Source of the DNA: Felis catus
Taxonomy: Eukaryota
Length of the DNA: 64,000 nucleotides
Assembly (NCBI RefSeq): GCF_018350175.1
Contig: NC_058368.1
Coordinates: forward strand, 149,422,001-149,486,000
Direction of reading: 5' to 3'
The notes beneath the pieces are model-generated. The model was not told where the DNA came from and did no database searches. It was given only the letters and a program-made list of their open reading frames with translations. A program made the translations under genes and the position numbers. Of the stretch, positions 1 to 13,683 are shown piece by piece (the stretch's first letter is position 1; each line of letters opens with the position of its first letter).

Positions 1-90
1 AATGCCAAACTGTTGCAGTTACAGAGGCTTTCTTTATAGGATATTTGAATGATAGGGTTAGTCTCTCTGTTGTAGGCTTTTTTCCCCAAG

Positions 91-296
91 TTTATTTATT
101 TATTTTGAGAGACCTAGAGAGAGAGCACAAACAGGGTAGGGGCAGAGAGAGAGGGAGAGACAATCCCAATCCCAAGCAGTCCTCACACTGTCAGCACAGA
201 GCTCCATGCAGGGTTTAAACCCACAAACCCTGAGATTATAACCTGAGCCAAAATCATGAGTTGGATGCTTAATTCACTGACCCACGCAGGCGCGTC
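91..296 (-). mobile_element. CanSINE (tRNA-derived carnivore SINE)
   Basis: Reverse-complement SINE: T-rich tail, (GA) tract, 'acctgagccaaaatc...cccacgcaggcgc' head. Confidence 0.9.
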
Positions 297-304
297 TCCA
301 CTGG

Positions 305-660
305 AGTTTTTTTTATTTTTAGTTTTATCTTGGTTATTCTTACATGTTTGTTTTCATTATGGATTTTAATATAAACTTCTCTAACTCTAAATAAAGGTTG
401 TTGGCATTTTTATTGTGATTTTGCATAATTTATAAATTAGGGAGAATGGTCTGCTTTAGGACATTGAGTCTTGATCTTGATATTCAAGAACAAATTGTCT
501 TTTCCTTTGTTCAAGTCTGATTTTTGGTTTTTCAGAAGAATTTTAAAATTGTACTTGTATGTACATTTCTTGTTGAGTTTATTTCTAGGTATTTAATCTT
601 TTTTACTATTATAAATGGGGTTTTCTCTCCCATAATGTCCTCTAACTGGATATTGTTTTG
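305..660 (-). mobile_element. Old L1 (L1M-type) ORF2 fragment
   Basis: Degenerate antisense L1 ORF2 motifs such as 'gttggcatttttattgtgattttgcat' and 'tttatttctaggtatttaatc'. Confidence 0.6.
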
Positions 661-669
661 AACATTTTT

Positions 670-810
670 ATCAGTACTTTCCATATATTATTTAATCCCC
701 ACAGCTAATATACGAAGTACTTGTCAAAGTCACACAGCTAATAGTAGATGACAAGACAATGGTTTTAAAGCAGGCATTCAGATTTCAGTGTACTACACTT
801 TGTACTTCCC
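670..810 (-). mobile_element. MIR fragment
   Basis: 'tttaatccccacagc' and 'cttgtcaaagtcacacagcta' resemble the MIR core. Confidence 0.6.
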
Positions 811-1035
811 ACTAATGATTTGTTCAGGAGTTAATTATCTAAAATCCATGGGCAAAAATCCAATATAATTTCAAAGCTCAAAGAGACTCCCAAAAACAAA
901 GGGTCAAATCTTCTGCAAGTTTTATCGGAAGAATTTTGACAATATCTAGCAATTTAACCTCAAAGGAGAGGGGATAACATAAGCAGATAGAACATCAGTT
1001 TGTTTTTGCATGAGGAGAAATCAAGAATTAATACA

Positions 1036-1263
1036 GGGGCGCCTGGCTGGCTCAGTCAGTTGAGCATCTGACTAGGGCTCAGGTCGTAATCTCACAGTTC
1101 ATGGGTTCAAGCCCCATGTTGGCCTCTGTGATGACAGCTCAGAGCCTGGAGCCTGCTTCGGATTCTGTGTCTCCCTTCCCTCTTTCTCTGTCTCTCCACT
1201 GCTTGTGCTCTCTCTCTCTCACTCTCTCATAAATAAATACATAAACAAATTAAAAAATTTAAA
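1036..1263 (+). mobile_element. CanSINE, felid type, full length
   Basis: ggggcgcctggctggctcagtc head, CT tract and A-tail. Perfect TSD aagaattaataca at 1023-1035 and 1264-1276. Confidence 0.97.
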
Positions 1264-1303
1264 AAGAATTAATACACCTCAGCTTCTATCTCCAGCTCTA
1301 AAA

Positions 1304-1305
<2 letters not shown>

Positions 1306-1383
<78 letters not shown>

Positions 1384-1385
1384 AA
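1306..1385 (+). repeat. (GAAA)20 microsatellite
   Basis: Direct reading of the tandem repeat. Confidence 0.98.
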
Positions 1386-3489
1386 AAGAAGTTCACAGAA
1401 TAAAGACCTCAATTGTCTGGTCATGGGGGAACACAGCGCATTTTTCAATCGGATACATTTCCCAGGTGCTGCTTAATCTTAGGAAAATAGAGGTTAGGAG
1501 AAAAGCAGGAACACCCTGAAACCTGGAGGGTTCAGAGCTGGTTCTTGGAAGAAGAGGTATCAATAAAAGGGTGTTTGTCCCAATGTCCCAGGGACATTGA
1601 GCAGCAGTCCTGTGTTGAGCACTCTACATAGGGCACATGAGCCAGAGCTATGACTGTGAAAATGGCAGACAGCTGCACAGTGGCCATGGCAGCAAAGAAA
1701 TGACAGTGATCTTAGTAATGGAAGAAAAGTCCAAGTGAGGCATAGCACACTCGGATACCACCATCTCATCCCATTCTGTTGATCAAGGAAAACCTAGAAG
1801 AGCTTGGCAGTGACTCCAGGAGAGACAGCGACATGTGAGGCAGCAAGGAAAGTCTCTACGGAGCAAACTTGGCTTCCAGAATTCACACTAGGGGAGGCCT
1901 GGCTAGACATCACTGTTTTTGTTGCTCTTAGGTTCTTTTTTCTTTCTCAGTCTGATAGCCTATAGAGATCTGTTCAAGAATTTGGGTGGGATTACTATTC
2001 CAAAAAAGAATCATTTACTCAACAAAAGCATGTGTGTGAAGGCCTATTATTTCCAGGTATTCAATATTAAAGTGTTTTCCCTGGAGCTATTTGTTTCCTT
2101 ATAATTTTGTACTTAATGCTATAGAGTTAATATTTTTAGGGTAGTATCTACGTTGCTCATACCATTGTATCAAGTTAAGCATAAAGGCTGCATATGACAC
2201 TTGGACCCATTTTCCCATCATTAAAACACTTGCCTCATGATGGAAATAGGTTTTCAAAAGACGATCTTCAGTGGAGTTTCTGGTCACGGATTAAGGGCCT
2301 TTTGATAGGACAGATTCGCTGCTCAGAGGACTGTAAGGATAGACATAACTATGACCATCAAGACTGTCACCTTTGCAGTCACCCAAGGACCACTGCAATG
2401 TTCAGATAAAAGATAAAACTATAATAATATTTATTACAAATGGCAACATAAAACAAATTCCATGTTCTTAGGAAAACAAGTGGCTCTTGGTGACATCTGT
2501 CCTGTTTATTCAACAGCCAGCATTTGTCACTTTATAGCTACAGCTTCCAGCATTGTCAGAGTTATTAATAACAAGTCAGAGAAGAAAGCAAAGCTATTTG
2601 GAAGAGGGAACATGAAGTCAGAGTTCCTCATGTGGCACTTTTTCTTAGAGAAGAAAGCTTTCACCTGTATTTAATAAGTCAGTGGGAGGTGAGAGAGTTA
2701 ACATGAAACAAATTATATATTTTCATTTCATATTTGTTTTCCAGTGGTTTGAGACTTCTGGGACCTCAGACTTTATAGCAGTAACTCAGCTCAATATTAT
2801 AGCATGTATCACCTTGAAAAAGCAATTGCAAATGCTTGTTTGTATTCTCTTTGTGCACTGAGTGGGCTGGAATCATTCTCTTCAAACATCATTTACAACT
2901 CGATGTAATGAGCATGTGTAGTCAGCAAAGGTTTTAAAAGTTAATGAGAAACACAAAACTTTGGGGGTTATTTCTCAATGCATTCAGTGTCTACAGCTAG
3001 GTCTGTGTTTTAAAAAGAACTCTGATGGCCTTGCCATAGATTTCATTTCCAGGACAATGGACTGGAAGCAGACATCCACCTTGCCTTGAACCTAATTAAG
3101 AAGGAGAAAGCAAAGGAGGAAGAAAAGGCAAGAATCATAAAAGGAGGAAGACAAGGAAAGCATAGCATGGTTTTGTTTGAGCATCAGCAGGATGGGGAGA
3201 ATGATCTTTCCCCAGGTAGAAAAACACTGTGCAGCCAGCCCAAGCAATACCAGGAAGTCAGAGGAAAGGTCAAAAGGTGAGAAAGCACAAAGAAGCAAAG
3301 TAAAAGGTCTCTCTTCACTGGATTACTCTTTTTTTGAATTTCAAAAGAGGTGAGGGGGCGGGGAGGCCTTTCCGACATGATTAATTGGGAGACCAGAATT
3401 GAATTTATGACACCACAGCACGTTCAAGGAGAGGTGGAGGCCTTTCTTCTGTTAATTCATTAAAGACAGGGAAGTAGCACCAACTATCA

Positions 3490-3650
3490 AAAAGAACAAT
3501 GAATTAGAAACCTGAAACTCCTCTTGGCTCCACTGTTTATGGTCTCTATGGCCTTGGCAATTTAATGAACCACTCTGAGAATCTGTCTCCTCATCTCTAA
3601 GAGGAGAGCTTTGGGCTAGAGGTCACTTCCACCTTCCCAAATTTAAATTT
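3490..3650 (+). mobile_element. MIR3-like fragment
   Basis: 'ggccttggcaatttaatgaaccactctgagaatctgtctcctcatctctaa...gggctaga' resembles the MIR core and tail. Confidence 0.55.
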
Positions 3651-4639
3651 TAAATTCAATTTCATTAGAGGTACTGAAATTTGGAGTTGTTTTTTTTTTT
3701 TTTTTTAAATAACGGGAAAGAGCAGGGAGAAATTTGTGAATATTCAGCAGTTCTTACCTGATTGTGCTTAGAAAACTCCATAAGCTTTATACCCTCACTG
3801 CCTTTATTTTTTCCCATTTTCTTGGTCCTTAAATGTATTCATTCTAATTGAATAATGTCATTCTCTTTCACTTCAATTTCTATTCATTATTTCAGAGATT
3901 TGCATTATTTTGGGAAAGGCCAAGAATTGGAGAATTGGGCTAAACACATACTGAAAAATCCCTGACTATACAATAAAGTAACTAACGGTATTTTATGTAT
4001 GTATCATAACCAACAAATTTACCACTTTGCTATTTCAGCACATGTGTAAAGCGGTGTTTACGCTACCTCTCTACAAGGGATCTGGTCTTCCAGAATCATT
4101 TCAATATATGTTCACTAATACACTATAGTCCTAAAGTCCCATGATTTATTTACACACTTGAATAGTTTTTCCCATTTTATCCACCATATGTCAAGAAGTA
4201 TAGAATATTTTTGAAGCTACCTTTTGAGTTTAATTCTGGAGTCCAGGCATATACAAAATAAAGCAGAACTTGAGTCTAAGTAATAACCATGTAAAGAAAG
4301 CTAACCATATTTTGGCAAGGTTTTTGAAAGAACAAAACCAAACCAAAGTGTGTGCATTTAGGAAGTTCTATCCTGAAACTTCACAACAAATCTCTTGGTG
4401 ATTCAAAGTCCACGGAGATCCTGGGTAGCTTCAGAATTTAGTGACTTTGTTGCAGTGTCCTACTATACTTTATAGCTAGAAATCTTCTTTAAGTTCCATT
4501 TTGGCCTTGAATCCAAACCACAGGCCTCAGAAAATGCCAGTAAAAGCTTTAAGAGAAAGTTAAACATTGAATGATTGTCCACGTTTTTCATTCCACACAT
4601 AGAGCAGTAGAGTTGAAGAGAGCAGTCTCCTAGATACTG

Positions 4640-4810
4640 GATTTTAGAATTTTAGAGTGGAAAGGAAATGATCTAGTCCAAAGCTCTAATGAGGAGATGA
4701 CGAAATACCCCAGGCGGTTTTTTTTCAAGGCCACAAAACCAATTGGTGACATAGTTTTTACTGGAAGTCACATTTTCTAACTTTTAGTTTAATCTCCTTT
4801 TACTGTACTT
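4640..4810 (-). mobile_element. MIR3-like fragment
   Basis: 'tagaattttagagtggaaagga..atctagtcca' and 'caaggccaca' match antisense MIR3. Confidence 0.55.
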
Positions 4811-5222
4811 TTATTTCCAATTGGATAGCCTTGCATAAGAAAAACCATAACTAATAGCAAGCAACTTTCTCTGGGGGTAAAAATCTTTTGCCCTTTTTAT
4901 GTGTTTCCATGTGGAGAGTCCATTTGGGCAACATGCCTTGCTTTTTTCTTCTTGGTCCTCATTCCCAGAGGAGGATGAGTATCTAAGGACTGGTACAACT
5001 GGGAGCAGGAATGACTGGCATTGTCTTGGCCCTTCCCCTTCCCTCTCCTTTGAGAGCCTGTGTGTACTCAGGTGAGGCATGCCCAGTGGGGAAAGCTGGG
5101 CCTCTGCAGTGAGGTCTGCTGTGTTTTATACCTGCCTGCGACAAGATAGGCAAGTTTCTTTCAGGCCATTTGGTTCACTGGCTTCCAACCAAGCCTTTAA
5201 CACTAAGATAAATTCACTTCTA

Positions 5223-5432
5223 GGGGTACCTGGGTGGTTCAGTCACTTAAGCATCTGACTCTTGATTTCAGCTCAGGTCTCAGCTCAAGCCATGATCTCA
5301 CTGTTCATGAGGTTGGGCTCCTTGCTGACAGTGCAGAGGCTGCTTGGGATTCTCTCTGGGCCTCTCCCCTGCTCATGCTGGTGATCACTCTCTCTCTCTC
5401 TCTCTCAAAATGAATAAATATTTTTTAAAAAG
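5223..5432 (+). mobile_element. CanSINE with small internal duplication
   Basis: ggggtacctgggtggttcagtc head, duplicated 'cagctca', CT tract and A/T tail. Confidence 0.92.
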
Positions 5433-6914
5433 ATGATTTCACATCCATCTCTTGACCTCTTCTGTAGCTCCAATTTATTTCAAATCTGCATGGGAAGAGG
5501 GGATTTTTTTTACTAAGTTGCCTAAAATTCCAATGACTTTAACCTGGCAGAGTCTACATTTTCTTGCAGCCTACACTCAGTAATATTCATATAAACAAGT
5601 TAAAGACACTACTGTATGTGGAATTATTTCTAGAGAATGTATTGCAAGCGCTAGGAAAACGATTGGGGTAATGGCTGGAAAATCAGCAATATTCTGGTCT
5701 TGAGGCTGTCGAACACGATAGCACTATGAGAACAGGGCCCCGTGATCTCCCAGGAGCCAGTTAAGGGGAGACCCACTGTAATTGCCTAGCAGTCCTTAAA
5801 ACTGTACATCTTCCCTGCATGTTTTCACGTAAACATCAGATGTGTGTTTGGTCTATGTCTGGAGGCTCCTTGTGTTTTCCTCCCATGCTTTGATGTTTAT
5901 ACCTGGTGAACATGAAATAAAGACCATACAGTTTGCCGCTGCTTCTGTTCCGCTGGCAGAGGCCACCCTGTGTGTCCGCTCAGTCTAAGTGAGAACTTTT
6001 TCTTCAGTGTGTGGCTACAACTATGTAAGCAACAGATGAGAAGGAAAACTTGATAAGACCTGGCATGTCAAATCAACTAACTTGCTCTCTACTGGAGGGA
6101 AGAATCTCTCCTGCCACTTCAGCACTCCTCCACCTTATCTGGCTTTGTTTGCTTGTTTGTTTGTTTCACTGGATACACACTTCTTACTTTTCTTCAAATT
6201 TGCAGTTTTTAATCATACAAAATAAGAAGTCAAGTTTTGTAACCTAAAAATATTTTACTTATTAAAATGATATTAATACTTTCATAAACTACTCAAAAAA
6301 GATAATGAGACGAACATGTGCATTTGTAGAACTGCGTGTTAGTCATGCCAGATCCCTGGGGAGGCAATTCCCAGAATGACCTCATTTGTCTGTGTAGACA
6401 CAGAGCAATCCATGTTCAGGTGCACACATTCAATGACTTGTCCAGCATGGTCAGCCCTCTGCTTCTTGATGGTTTCCTTCTGCTATGAATGTACATGTCC
6501 AGTTGTCTCCTGCTCAGAGTAGACATTGACCTTCTCATCCACCAGCCATTGGAGGAGGACTAGGGCCACAAAGATAATTAATCCGACCTGTTCTTCTGGG
6601 AGGATTTCCTGGTGGGCCCTCTTCCATCAGCATGTCTGGAATCACAGGAGTTTCCATAGCCTCTTTTTCACATCTTGCTGAAGCAAAACCACAAATTCAG
6701 CTATTCCCCAGAAGAAATCTGTTATTAAAGACTGTCTGTATGGGACTGATTCCAGGCAGTCCCACCCTTGTCCCTTTGAGACATAAACCATCCTGCCCCT
6801 CGTTTTGTTTTCCACCCCAGGGCAACTCAGCCACCCTATGTGGTTTTGACTCCTGACCCTTTTCTCTCCTACAGAGCTAGGTGTTATCCTGGATATGCTA
6901 ATTACCAGCCATGT

Positions 6915-7030
6915 AGGCTGGTGACTTTTCTCTGAGCCTCAGTTCCTTTATCTGAAAGTGGTGAGAATAATTGTATTTGAAGGAATTGTATGGTACCTAA
7001 AATGTCTATCATGGCACTTCGTGTTACTTA
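6915..7030 (+). mobile_element. MIR fragment
   Basis: 'tctctgagcctcagttcctttatctgaaagtgg' matches the MIR core. Confidence 0.65.
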
Positions 7031-7089
7031 CTAATATTACTTTGATATGATTGTTTTCATTAGATTCCATTGCTACTTCCTTAAATAGT

Positions 7090-7760
7090 CTTAGGTATTC
7101 CTCTCTTCTGCTCATATGGTACTTCCATATCACTTGTTTGCAGCAATTTCCACAGTGTACTTTAATTGTTTGCTTACACATTTGTATTCTTCAGTGGCCT
7201 GTAAGTTACTTAAGAAGAATAACCACTAGGTGTTACATTTTCATATCCCTGACTCCAAACTAGACTAATGACTTGAAAGGGCAAAGAAAATAAATGAAGG
7301 AATTAAAATGTAAGTGGTTATGTGAACAGGACGTATAAATGTTGTAATCTCATGTCATGGGGGAAGACTTACTATCAAATGAGGGGATAAGGCAAATTAT
7401 TGTAGAGACAGGAAACGGGACGTGGTCTGAAATTTCACAGATGGGTTTTCATAAAATCTTTTTTAAAACGATAAGAGAAACATGCTGGTCTAAGAGAAAA
7501 GTGTATGTGAAGTCTAGAGTAAACAAAGTGCTAGCCTGTTCAGGGCATGGGGAACAACCCAGACCTAAGATCTGATATTAGAAACATGTGGAAGATGAAA
7601 AGAGGTAAGTTAGAAACAAACCATGGTAGACTTTGGATGCCCACACAAGACACTTGTACTTAGTTTGGTAAAAATGAGCAATCTCTACAAGATTCGAGTG
7701 GAAGAGCTGCAGTAATAGGACTATTCTGGTCACAATGTGTCAAATAGACTGGCTTAGGAA
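7090..7760. mobile_element. L2 fragments (3' end on +, body fragment on -)
   Basis: L2-like tail 'ctgtaagttacttaagaaga...taaatgaagg' and a purine-rich antisense L2-like segment at about 7560-7760. Confidence 0.45.
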
Positions 7761-8526
7761 GAACGTGGAGTTAGTGACACAAATTATGAGGAGGCAAAAC
7801 CCTGAACTATAGAAACTGAAACAGAAAGGGAAAAAATGTATGCAATATACACATTGGAAGTAACAATGAAATCCTTCTCAAAAGCACATGAAAGCAGACC
7901 TTGAAATTTTCTTACCAGTAGATTAGACAAAAGAACTACAGGCTTCTTCCTAAACTCTGCACCAAAAACCTTGGCTGTGTACACAGTGAAGAGTGAAAAA
8001 TCAGACTTTGCTGAAATAGAAGCATAATGTGAATATTTTAAATTCCCCTTAGGTCTTGAGATTCTATTTCTTCCTTTTGTTCTTTCCACCAACACTTTCT
8101 TCCAACATTTTGCATTCAGATTTATGGCTTTCTTCTGTCTCTAGATTCCTGAGCTCAACTGTGTTGACTGCAGTATATACCCAGAAAAGAGTTTTGCTGA
8201 GTATTTCTATTTATTCTTGTTAATGCCTTAAATATCAGGACTGAGCAGTTTAGTCTCCTAAAACATTTACCAAACTTGCTTGAAGCCACCTTCTTTTTTG
8301 CCCATGTTCCTCAATTTCTCCCTTAAAATAGAATTAACCTAGTAAAGAAAAAAATATTATCTGGCATTTATGTGACTTGTTTTCCCAGGAAGCTCTCGGA
8401 TCTTTTCCAGCCATATCCTGCTGAGAAGAGGAAAAGAATGAACACATCTCTGCGTTTGAGAAAACAGATAGCAGGAAGGAAAAAAAAATTGCCACAAGGG
8501 TTCGTGGAGAATCTGCCACAGAACCA

Positions 8527-8558
<32 letters not shown>

Positions 8559-10514
8559 AAAAAACAGCTTCTTGATGCATGGACAATAGCCTGTAGCTTC
8601 AGTGAAAATAGATGAGGAAGATCATTACTGGGTGGCCTTTGGGGATGAAGAAATCTCATTGCTCTGACTAGAAAGTGATGTCCTTGAAATAGAAGGATCA
8701 CGATCATAACTATACAGCAGATATAAAAAATGAGCCTCTCCTTTCTCTAGAGATAGCTGCTACTTTCCTCAAAGACCAAATTCCCAGAATCGAGTTTTCT
8801 CCTAAGTTTACAGAAAGACACAAACTACCATGTGTCCCACTCTGAAGGGCAGTAATAATCCAATTACAGTAGTATATATTCCTAAGATGATATATACCTA
8901 GAGCTAACTACAGTCTTTGATATCTTAATGTTTGTACATTCCCCCCTTTGACAGGGGAACAATTGTATACCGAATTCAGAAAATAAACCCACACAGTTAG
9001 GCATCCAAAATTTTGTCCTTTCTCTCAGTTGTTCAATTCTCACATAACAAAATATGTATATGCATACTCTGGATAATGACAGTTTAATTGAGCCCATATT
9101 GTTCCTTGTGCCTATACGATATTTATTGCTCAGATATGCAGACAGGTATGATAATGGAGATGGTGCTTCTTTGTGCTCTACGAGTATCAAAACTTTGTGA
9201 TACATTGTCTGCCAAGTTCAAGGGGGTCTTAAGCTTGAGACTTAAGTAAGATAACAAAGGAATTGAGAATCAGCAAACTGACCACGACCTATTAGAATGA
9301 TATCTATGTAGTTTATTATGCAGTTAACTTGAACAAGTTACATCTGTAAACTATAAATAAAAAAAGAGTAGAATGCTGGTTTTAACTTGTTATTGACTTT
9401 TACTGAGAACTGATGAAACTTTTGTTGATTGTGACTGAGAGAATTGCCTGTGTTCTGGCCCAGATTTCTCTCCTCTCCTTTTTTATAGCTTCTATTTATC
9501 TTTCGTGAATTCTGTTCTCATCTAATCGCACACTGGTTGGTGAGAAATGACTCTTCCTAATGTGAAGATCTTCATTATTAATTGTTGGTATTATTCATTA
9601 TCAATCTACAAGGACTCAAATTCACATTTGAACTGTACTTACATAGTTCCGGGTAGTTTTGTTACTGGCCTTTCATGATGATTTTCTTCTTTGTCTGTGA
9701 TAATGCCTGCATGTTATATGAGGTTGTCAACAATTTGTATTGATCTTGTAGAATTCTTCTCTGTTAGAATAACTCCAGCAGACTTTGGCTCCCTCTTGTT
9801 TACTGTGAGAGAGTGAGGTGAGTTTTATCTGGCTTCGGCTTTTGTCAAGAAGGGTGAATTACTGAATTCTCCCACCCAGCAAAAAGCCACTTCACATACC
9901 TCCCTGTAACACCATCAGACAGAATCCCTGGCCGCAGAAGCCTTGGATTTAGTTAGTCTAAAAACCACAAATACATACACTCCATATATACACTCTTAGT
10001 TTGGTTTTTGGTCAGACTCAGGCACCTCTTTATTAGGACATGGCTTTCCTTATTTTCTGATAACTTTTATTTATATGAATAAAACTATGTTGAGAAAAAT
10101 AATGAGGCAAACATGTGTGCAGTGTGTTCAAAGAAGTCACCTGAAAATAATAAAATGAAACCGTAATGCAAGTTTGAGTCTGCACTGAATTTTTTTGCCC
10201 TCAAGACTTTAAAGTTGTACATAAAAAATAACCACTTCTGTATTTTACTATCACACACTCATGGCAGACCAAATGTTGTTTTAAATTCTTCCTGATGATC
10301 CTCATAGCAACTGCTAGAAAATATCTTCCTAAATCTTCAGATAAAGTATGTAAATTTATCTTGAATGGGTTAAGTGAGGCCTTGCTGGAAATAAAGTGCT
10401 GTATTAGATGATTTCTAAAAACTTACTACAGCTGATTTTAAAACCTGCTTTATAGAGTACAGATTTATGATATAATGCAATACCGATCTCAGGTCAAGTA
10501 AATCTATATACCTA

Positions 10515-10905
10515 CAATTATTTTTTTTGCATAACTAATTATTTCAAGGAAAATAATAACTTCTACTTCTGCTTTCTGTGGGTCAAGGAGGAGTGGTCTC
10601 CTGCTGGTCCAGGGTCTGCAACCAAACTGTTTTGCAGGGATGTCTGCTTCTAAAGATGGTTCTCTCAAGTGGCTGGCAAAATAGTACTCCTTACCACATA
10701 GACCTCTCTGTTGGGCTGCTAGAGTGCTCTCACAACATGGTCGCTGGCTTCCCCCAAAGCAAGTGGTCCAAGGGAACATGGTGGAGGTGTTGATGTTTTT
10801 TATAACCCATCTTAGAAATTCATCATTTCCACCATATTCTATTGTGCTGTAAGTACAGCATAGGAGGGGACTATACAAGGGCATGTATTTTGGATTCTGG
10901 AGACA
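10515..10905 (-). mobile_element. MaLR LTR (MLT1 family)
   Basis: 'ctctcaagtggctggcaa', 'cacaacatggtcgctggcttccccca' and 'actatacaagggcatg' are typical of MLT1 LTRs. Confidence 0.7.
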
Positions 10906-11275
10906 AATCTATAAGTCTGTATGGATGTGTGTATGTCTCATACGTATTTAGCACATCTGTTAAATTTTGCAAATTGATATTATTAAAAGTACAGTAAAGT
11001 CTTATTACAGGGGATTCACTTCTTGTGGCTAAATACAAACATTTGTTTAAAATTAAGGCATGCTAGTTTTTATTCTTCTACTTTCTGTATCATGATTGTA
11101 TAAATTAGAAGATTGACTTCACTAAAATTATTTTAATTTCTGGATTTGAGTCTAAAGATCATTTCAAATGACCACATTGTTTCAACCTGGAATATTACTT
11201 GTCAGCATAATTAGTTACTTTAGCCTAGAACTTCAAGTATGAAACAAATGCTAGAGAACTAAGTAATTTATGTTC

Positions 11276-11491
11276 CTTTTTAAAATTGTTTTTAATGTTT
11301 TATTTATTTTTGAGAGAGACAGAGCATGAGTGGGGGATGGGCCAGAGAGAGAGGGAGACCAGAATCCGAAGCAGGCTCCAGTCTCTGAGCTATCAGCACA
11401 GAGCCTGACATTGTGCTTGAACCCATGAACTGTGAGATCATGACCTGAGCCAAAGTTGAACACTTAACTGACTGAGCCACCTGGGCACCCA
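11276..11491 (-). mobile_element. CanSINE, felid type
   Basis: Full SINE with perfect TSD aagtaatttatgttc at 11261-11275 and 11493-11507. Confidence 0.97.
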
Positions 11492-11594
11492 CAAGTAATT
11501 TATGTTCTAAAGATGTCTTGTTGACTTGTAAAAAGTAGCTTAGAAACCAGGAGACTTGGACTCAATAAAATATTTCTCTGTGCTCAATATAAGA

Positions 11595-11745
11595 ACTTCT
11601 CATACTGCTCAAATCACTTGGGTATTGTGTTATAAAGCAGATTCTGAGCCAATAGATCCTGAGTACAGCTTGAGATTTTGCTATTTCTAACAAGAGCCAA
11701 GGTATTGATGATGCCATTGTTCCTCTGATGACATGCTAAATGGCC
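11595..11745. mobile_element. MER5A-like hAT-Charlie MITE
   Basis: 'aaatcacttggg..aaagcagattctg' and 'tgagattttgctatttctaacaag..ggtattgatg' match MER5A hallmarks. Confidence 0.7.
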
Positions 11746-13412
11746 GTGTTCTATGCAGTGGGGGTTCCTTGAAAGAAAATTTATTATAACAATACTTGCT
11801 TATTAGGTAGAATTCAGAATACGCAGAGTTTCCTAATACAGATTTATATTTAAATCATTCTAGAGTGGAAAAAAATATTCTTCCATAGATCTTCCATATA
11901 AAATTTCAACCACCCCCTGCCTTTAAATAATTATTTTCAAGTAGAATATCTTTTTTAGAATGTGACTTCTTTCTAACCTCATCTTCTAAGGGAGAAGAAA
12001 GGCAATTATGTAATGTAAGACATGTGCTACATCTTTAGTAAATATTTTTGAATAATGTAATAGTTTCATGTACTTATTCATATTTTGATTTAACCCTTAC
12101 ATTTTCTTCTTCAGGCTGAAATATCTTAGAATCTAGTTATTGCAACATTTTTTTCTATTACTCTGTACTCACCATTTGACTCTTGTGTCATTCCCGCATC
12201 TGTTCCATGCCACGCCCTGGGTCAGACTATTGTTGAGATCATTTATTTATTTTCCAAATGTCTGAAGCAGTCCTTGCTTTTTACTATAATTCTCTTTATC
12301 CTTAATCTTGTCCTTATGGACATAATTCTTTATAGAGCCATTACTAGCAGGGTTTATTCTATTTAGGGGAATGCTTACCTTCAAACAGAATTAGAAGTCA
12401 CTTTCTGAAGACCTAATGTGTCTTCATTGATTCTTCATTGTGATTGTTGATTATATGCAACAAAATTTGACTGTCTACCTAAGGGAAAAAGTAAAGTTTA
12501 TTGGAAAGATTTGACAACTCAGAGTCTGAGAGAGAGGAACCCTTTGGCCAACATAAAGCTGACTGACTTTTTAACTATGCCTGTAACTTTGTCATCTATT
12601 GAGAAGTCAAACCTCCCAGTTTCAGTCATCTACCTGCCTTTTCTGACTGCACTATGGCAGTGAGAGGGATGGGGTGAATACACATTCCCTCTACCAAGTC
12701 TACTCTCTGGACAAATGCCCTTATCTGGGGAAATCAAAGATTCTCACAGAAGTAAGAGGAGAACACTTGAAGCTGGGTCCAAAAACACATACAATGTCCA
12801 CTATCCACCAGTTCGGTAGAGCCTATAAAAACGGCAGACTTATATTACTGCCTCAGATTATCCGAGTCCATACTTTATACCAGGAGACCAGTTTGGGGAC
12901 AGCAGTGACCTAAGATACCTTATTTCTCTCAACTTGTTGCCTCTCTGGGTTATGCTTTCCCTGAAGGCAGATCAGGAAAATGAACATCTCAGATTTAAAA
13001 AGAAAGGTGCTATAGTGTGGTCCCCTCCCATAAGAATCTTCAACAACACCCAAGGAGATGACAACCTTTAAGTAATTTCTTACCAAAAACCCCATCCTAC
13101 TATGAAGAGAGAAATTGAGTCAACTGGAATAGTAGAAACTATTTTCAACTTTTAAACTCATTTTTTGAACCTGAAAGCAACTCTAGAAGTAGTAGTTTTT
13201 GTTGTCTCTCAAAATAACCTAGCTTAAGCCTAAATGCTAAATTTTCAAATCTTAGGGTTGATGTGAACACAGAAAAGATGTGCTCATTTTGTCCTAAAGT
13301 CACACTGTCACCTAGTGGTTTCTCACCCAAAAAAACTGAGTGAAAAAGCTAATGGCTTATTGGATATTTTATTCTCTCATGTATACAAAACAGTTAAAGG
13401 ACTGTTTGTCTT

Positions 13413-13414
<2 letters not shown>

Positions 13415-13465
<51 letters not shown>

Positions 13466-13683
13466 TTAAAATTTTTTTTAATGTTTATTTATTTTTAAGA
13501 GAGACAGAGACAGAAAGTGAGTGGGTTAGGGGCAGAGAGAGAGGGAGACACAGAATCCAAAGCAGGCTCCAGGTTCCAAGCCATCAGCATAGAGCCCAAT
13601 GCGGGGCTCAAACTCACAGAGCTGTGAGATCATTACCTGAGCCGAAGTCAGATGCTCAACCGACTGAGCCACCCAGGCGCCCC
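13415..13683 (-). mobile_element. CanSINE, felid type, with (TTTA)n tail
   Basis: Full SINE with degenerate TSD at 13398-13414 and 13684-13700. Confidence 0.96.

Noticed and set aside
1205..1519. 104-aa lysine/glutamate/arginine-rich ORF
   Set aside because: It is a read-through of a SINE tail and the (GAAA)20 repeat.
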